From Candidatus Woesearchaeota archaeon (GTDB lineage: Archaea > Nanobdellota > Nanobdellia > Woesearchaeales > GW2011-AR4), in contig JAGVYR010000030.1 of the NCBI GenBank assembly GCA_018303185.1, positions 1 through 54,562 on the forward strand: a DNA stretch of 54,562 bases, written 5' to 3'. Positions 53,002 through 54,562 of the stretch are shown piece after piece. The notes under the pieces are model-generated. The model was not told the origin of the DNA. It made no database searches and saw only the letters and a list, made by a program, of their open reading frames with translations. Position 1 is the stretch's first letter; the number at the start of each line of letters is the position of its first letter. Position numbers and translations under genes: made by a program.

Positions 53002-53958
53002 TCAATTGCCGAAATACCTTGATATAAAAGCTTTTGCCCTTTCCGGGCTCGCTTCCTTGACAAGAACGCGGCCGTCTCTGAATGCAGTCAGCTCGTTGAA
53101 GACGAAGCAGAAGCCGGCATCCTTTATTGGGGCTATCTTTTTTAATTTTTCTTTCGTCTTTTTATAATCTATATCTAAATAAAACTGGTAAACATTGTTG
53201 CCGCAGTACTTTACGGCTTTCTCTTCCTTTTTTCCGCTGAGATATTCATAAATGCCTTTGCAGGCTTTGCATTTTGGATTTTTCTTTATCTTTATTTTTT
53301 CCAATGTATTTTCCCATATATTGAATCTCAACAATTCATTTTCCCTTGTTTTTCCTAAGATAATCTTCAAAACCTGTGTGACAGCGAGAGAAGCTACTGA
53401 TGCAGATGCTGTGTTCAAAATGCCTGCAGTCTCGCAAGTTTCCTCTGCTTTTGAGGCCTGGAAGATGCAGCCAAAGCACGCGCCTTTTGGAAGAAAAGTT
53501 ATTACATTGCCCTCTTCCTTTATCGCTGCCGAGTAAATCCACGGCTTTTTGCTTTTTTTGCAGAACTCGTTGATAATGTGCCTTGTGTATATATTGTCGG
53601 TGCAGTCCAATATAATGCTTGCGTCTTCTAAAATCTGGGTGTTCCTGTGATTCAAATCTGAAACATGGAATTCAATCTCAACATCCGAATTAACGTCTTT
53701 AAGGATTGAAGCAGCAACTTCTGCCTTGTAGCTGCCCACGTCCTTTTCATCGAATAAAGTCTGCCTCTGCAAATTGGAGAGTTCAACAATGTCCCTGTCT
53801 ACAAGGATTAATTTTCCGATGCCTGCCCTTGCCAGAAGGTCAGAGGCAATAGTTCCAAGCGCGCCAATGCCGATTACTGCGACTGCCGCTTTCCTTATTT
53901 TCTCCTGCCCCTTCTTTCCGATGCCATGAAGGGCTGACTGCCTTGAATACCTGTCCAT
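53002..53958 (-). CDS. ThiF/MoeB/UbaA-family E1-like adenylyltransferase with a C-terminal extension
   Basis: It contains RYSRQ, VIGIGALGTIASDLLARAGIG.LILVDRDIVELSNLQRQ and two CxxC pairs. An extra C-terminal domain of about 75 aa is present. The start was set at the ATG at 53958. Confidence 0.8.
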   Translation of the reverse strand: MDRYSRQSALHGIGKKGQEKIRKAAVAVIGIGALGTIASDLLARAGIGKLILVDRDIVELSNLQRQTLFDEKDVGSYKAEVAASILKDVNSDVEIEFHVSDLNHRNTQILEDASIILDCTDNIYTRHIINEFCKKSKKPWIYSAAIKEEGNVITFLPKGACFGCIFQASKAEETCETAGILNTASASVASLAVTQVLKIILGKTRENELLRFNIWENTLEKIKIKKNPKCKACKGIYEYLSGKKEEKAVKYCGNNVYQFYLDIDYKKTKEKLKKIAPIKDAGFCFVFNELTAFRDGRVLVKEASPERAKAFISRYFGN

Positions 53959-54007
53959 GACCACTCCCCTCAGCAGGTTTATTCGGTTGTTTTTAAAATT
54001 AACCTGA

Positions 54008-54373
54008 TCACTTCACAAACTCAACATTCTTCAATTCAGTGAAGTGCTTCTCGCCTGTAAGGAATTTTATTCCAAGCTCAAGCGACATAATGTAGCCTAT
54101 GCAGTCAATATAGGAAATCAGATTCTTCTTTTTCCTCTGCGAAAGCCTGAACTTCATTGCCTGCTTTACAGTGTCCTCGCTTACAGGCACGCATATCGGC
54201 CTGAATTGCGCATAGTACTTTTCAGCTGTCTTTTCATCATACAGCCTAAGGAGGATGTAGTAAAGCTCCATAAGGTTGTAGGAAGTTGTGACAGAAGCGG
54301 AATCGGCAAACTTTTTGTATGCAGGATTGCCCTTTATTATCTCAACTATTGCGTAAGTGTCAAGGAAATGCAT
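54008..54373 (-). CDS. vapC: PIN-domain toxin VapC
   Basis: It begins MHFLDTYAIVEI, has an acidic residue pattern and is 121 aa long. Confidence 0.8.
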   Translation of the reverse strand: MHFLDTYAIVEIIKGNPAYKKFADSASVTTSYNLMELYYILLRLYDEKTAEKYYAQFRPICVPVSEDTVKQAMKFRLSQRKKKNLISYIDCIGYIMSLELGIKFLTGEKHFTELKNVEFVK

Positions 54374-54562
54374 CTAGTCTTCCCCTTCCCTTATCCTGTC
54401 CAGAATCTCCTGCGTAGGCTCTTTTATATTCAAAGTTCCGAAAGCTTTCTTTATGCCTGCCTGCTTTTCAGGGATGTATATCTTTAAGTAGCTGTCAGCC
54501 TTTATGCGGTTTTTCCTTATTATATCTTTGGGAAGGGCTATTCCTATTGAATTGCCCCATCT
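54374..54562 (-). CDS. vapB: AbrB/SpoVT-type antitoxin VapB (5' end outside the window)
   Basis: Hand translation gives ..RWGNSIGIALPKDIIRKNRIKADSYLKIYI...REGED*. Its TAG stop directly abuts the vapC ATG. Confidence 0.7.
   Translation of the reverse strand, partial: RWGNSIGIALPKDIIRKNRIKADSYLKIYIPEKQAGIKKAFGTLNIKEPTQEILDRIREGED

Noticed and set aside
1-54562. CRISPR arrays, tRNA genes and rRNA genes.
   Set aside because: No regularly spaced short direct repeats are present. I found no T-loop-like GGTTCGAATCC-type motifs with acceptor-stem pairing, and no rRNA-like conserved blocks. This was an eye scan only, so tRNAscan-SE should confirm it.

Overview
This is a densely coding contig of about 54.6 kb, and the gene content indicates an archaeon. 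The evidence is a nop5-fibrillarin operon, an archaeal-type UMP kinase, an Lrp/AsnC regulator, and TATA-like boxes about 25-30 nt upstream of several starts. A small-genome, DPANN-like lineage is my inference only.

Housekeeping genes: pyrG, secF-secD, pyrH, nop5-flpA, pdxS/pdxT, pyk, gdhA, pgi, a UbiB-type kinase, cutA, a GcvT/YgfZ-like protein and an endonuclease-IV-like protein.

Accessory content:
(i) An envelope glycosylation cluster at 1.4-7.9 kb, with two very large GT-C-like membrane proteins, a methyltransferase and a UDP-GlcNAc 2-epimerase-like enzyme.
(ii) Two extracytoplasmic thiol-redox operons. One is ArsR / membrane protein / Trx / CcdA / Trx-DipZ-C / Cys-rich peptide / Trx-DUF3179. 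The other is DsbA / lipoprotein / CxxS-Trx / membrane protein / Lgt. A stand-alone VKOR and a DoxX protein also belong to this theme.
(iii) A bacterial-type lgt, with lipobox proteins encoded nearby.
(iv) A bacterial-type tgt lying convergent with a yhhQ-like 7-deazaguanine transporter.
(v) Four toxin-antitoxin modules: MNT with a degraded HEPN, two RelE modules, and VapBC at the window edge.

The strongest sequence-level observation is non-coding. GC-rich intergenic regions hold a family of highly structured, MITE-like elements. Three copies have 13-15 bp terminal inverted repeats (perfect in one copy) directly flanked by perfect 9-bp target-site duplications. Their stems differ between copies by compensatory changes, and they share a conserved asymmetric loop motif. 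A second repeat family has two copies. I found no rRNA, tRNA, CRISPR array or transposase gene.
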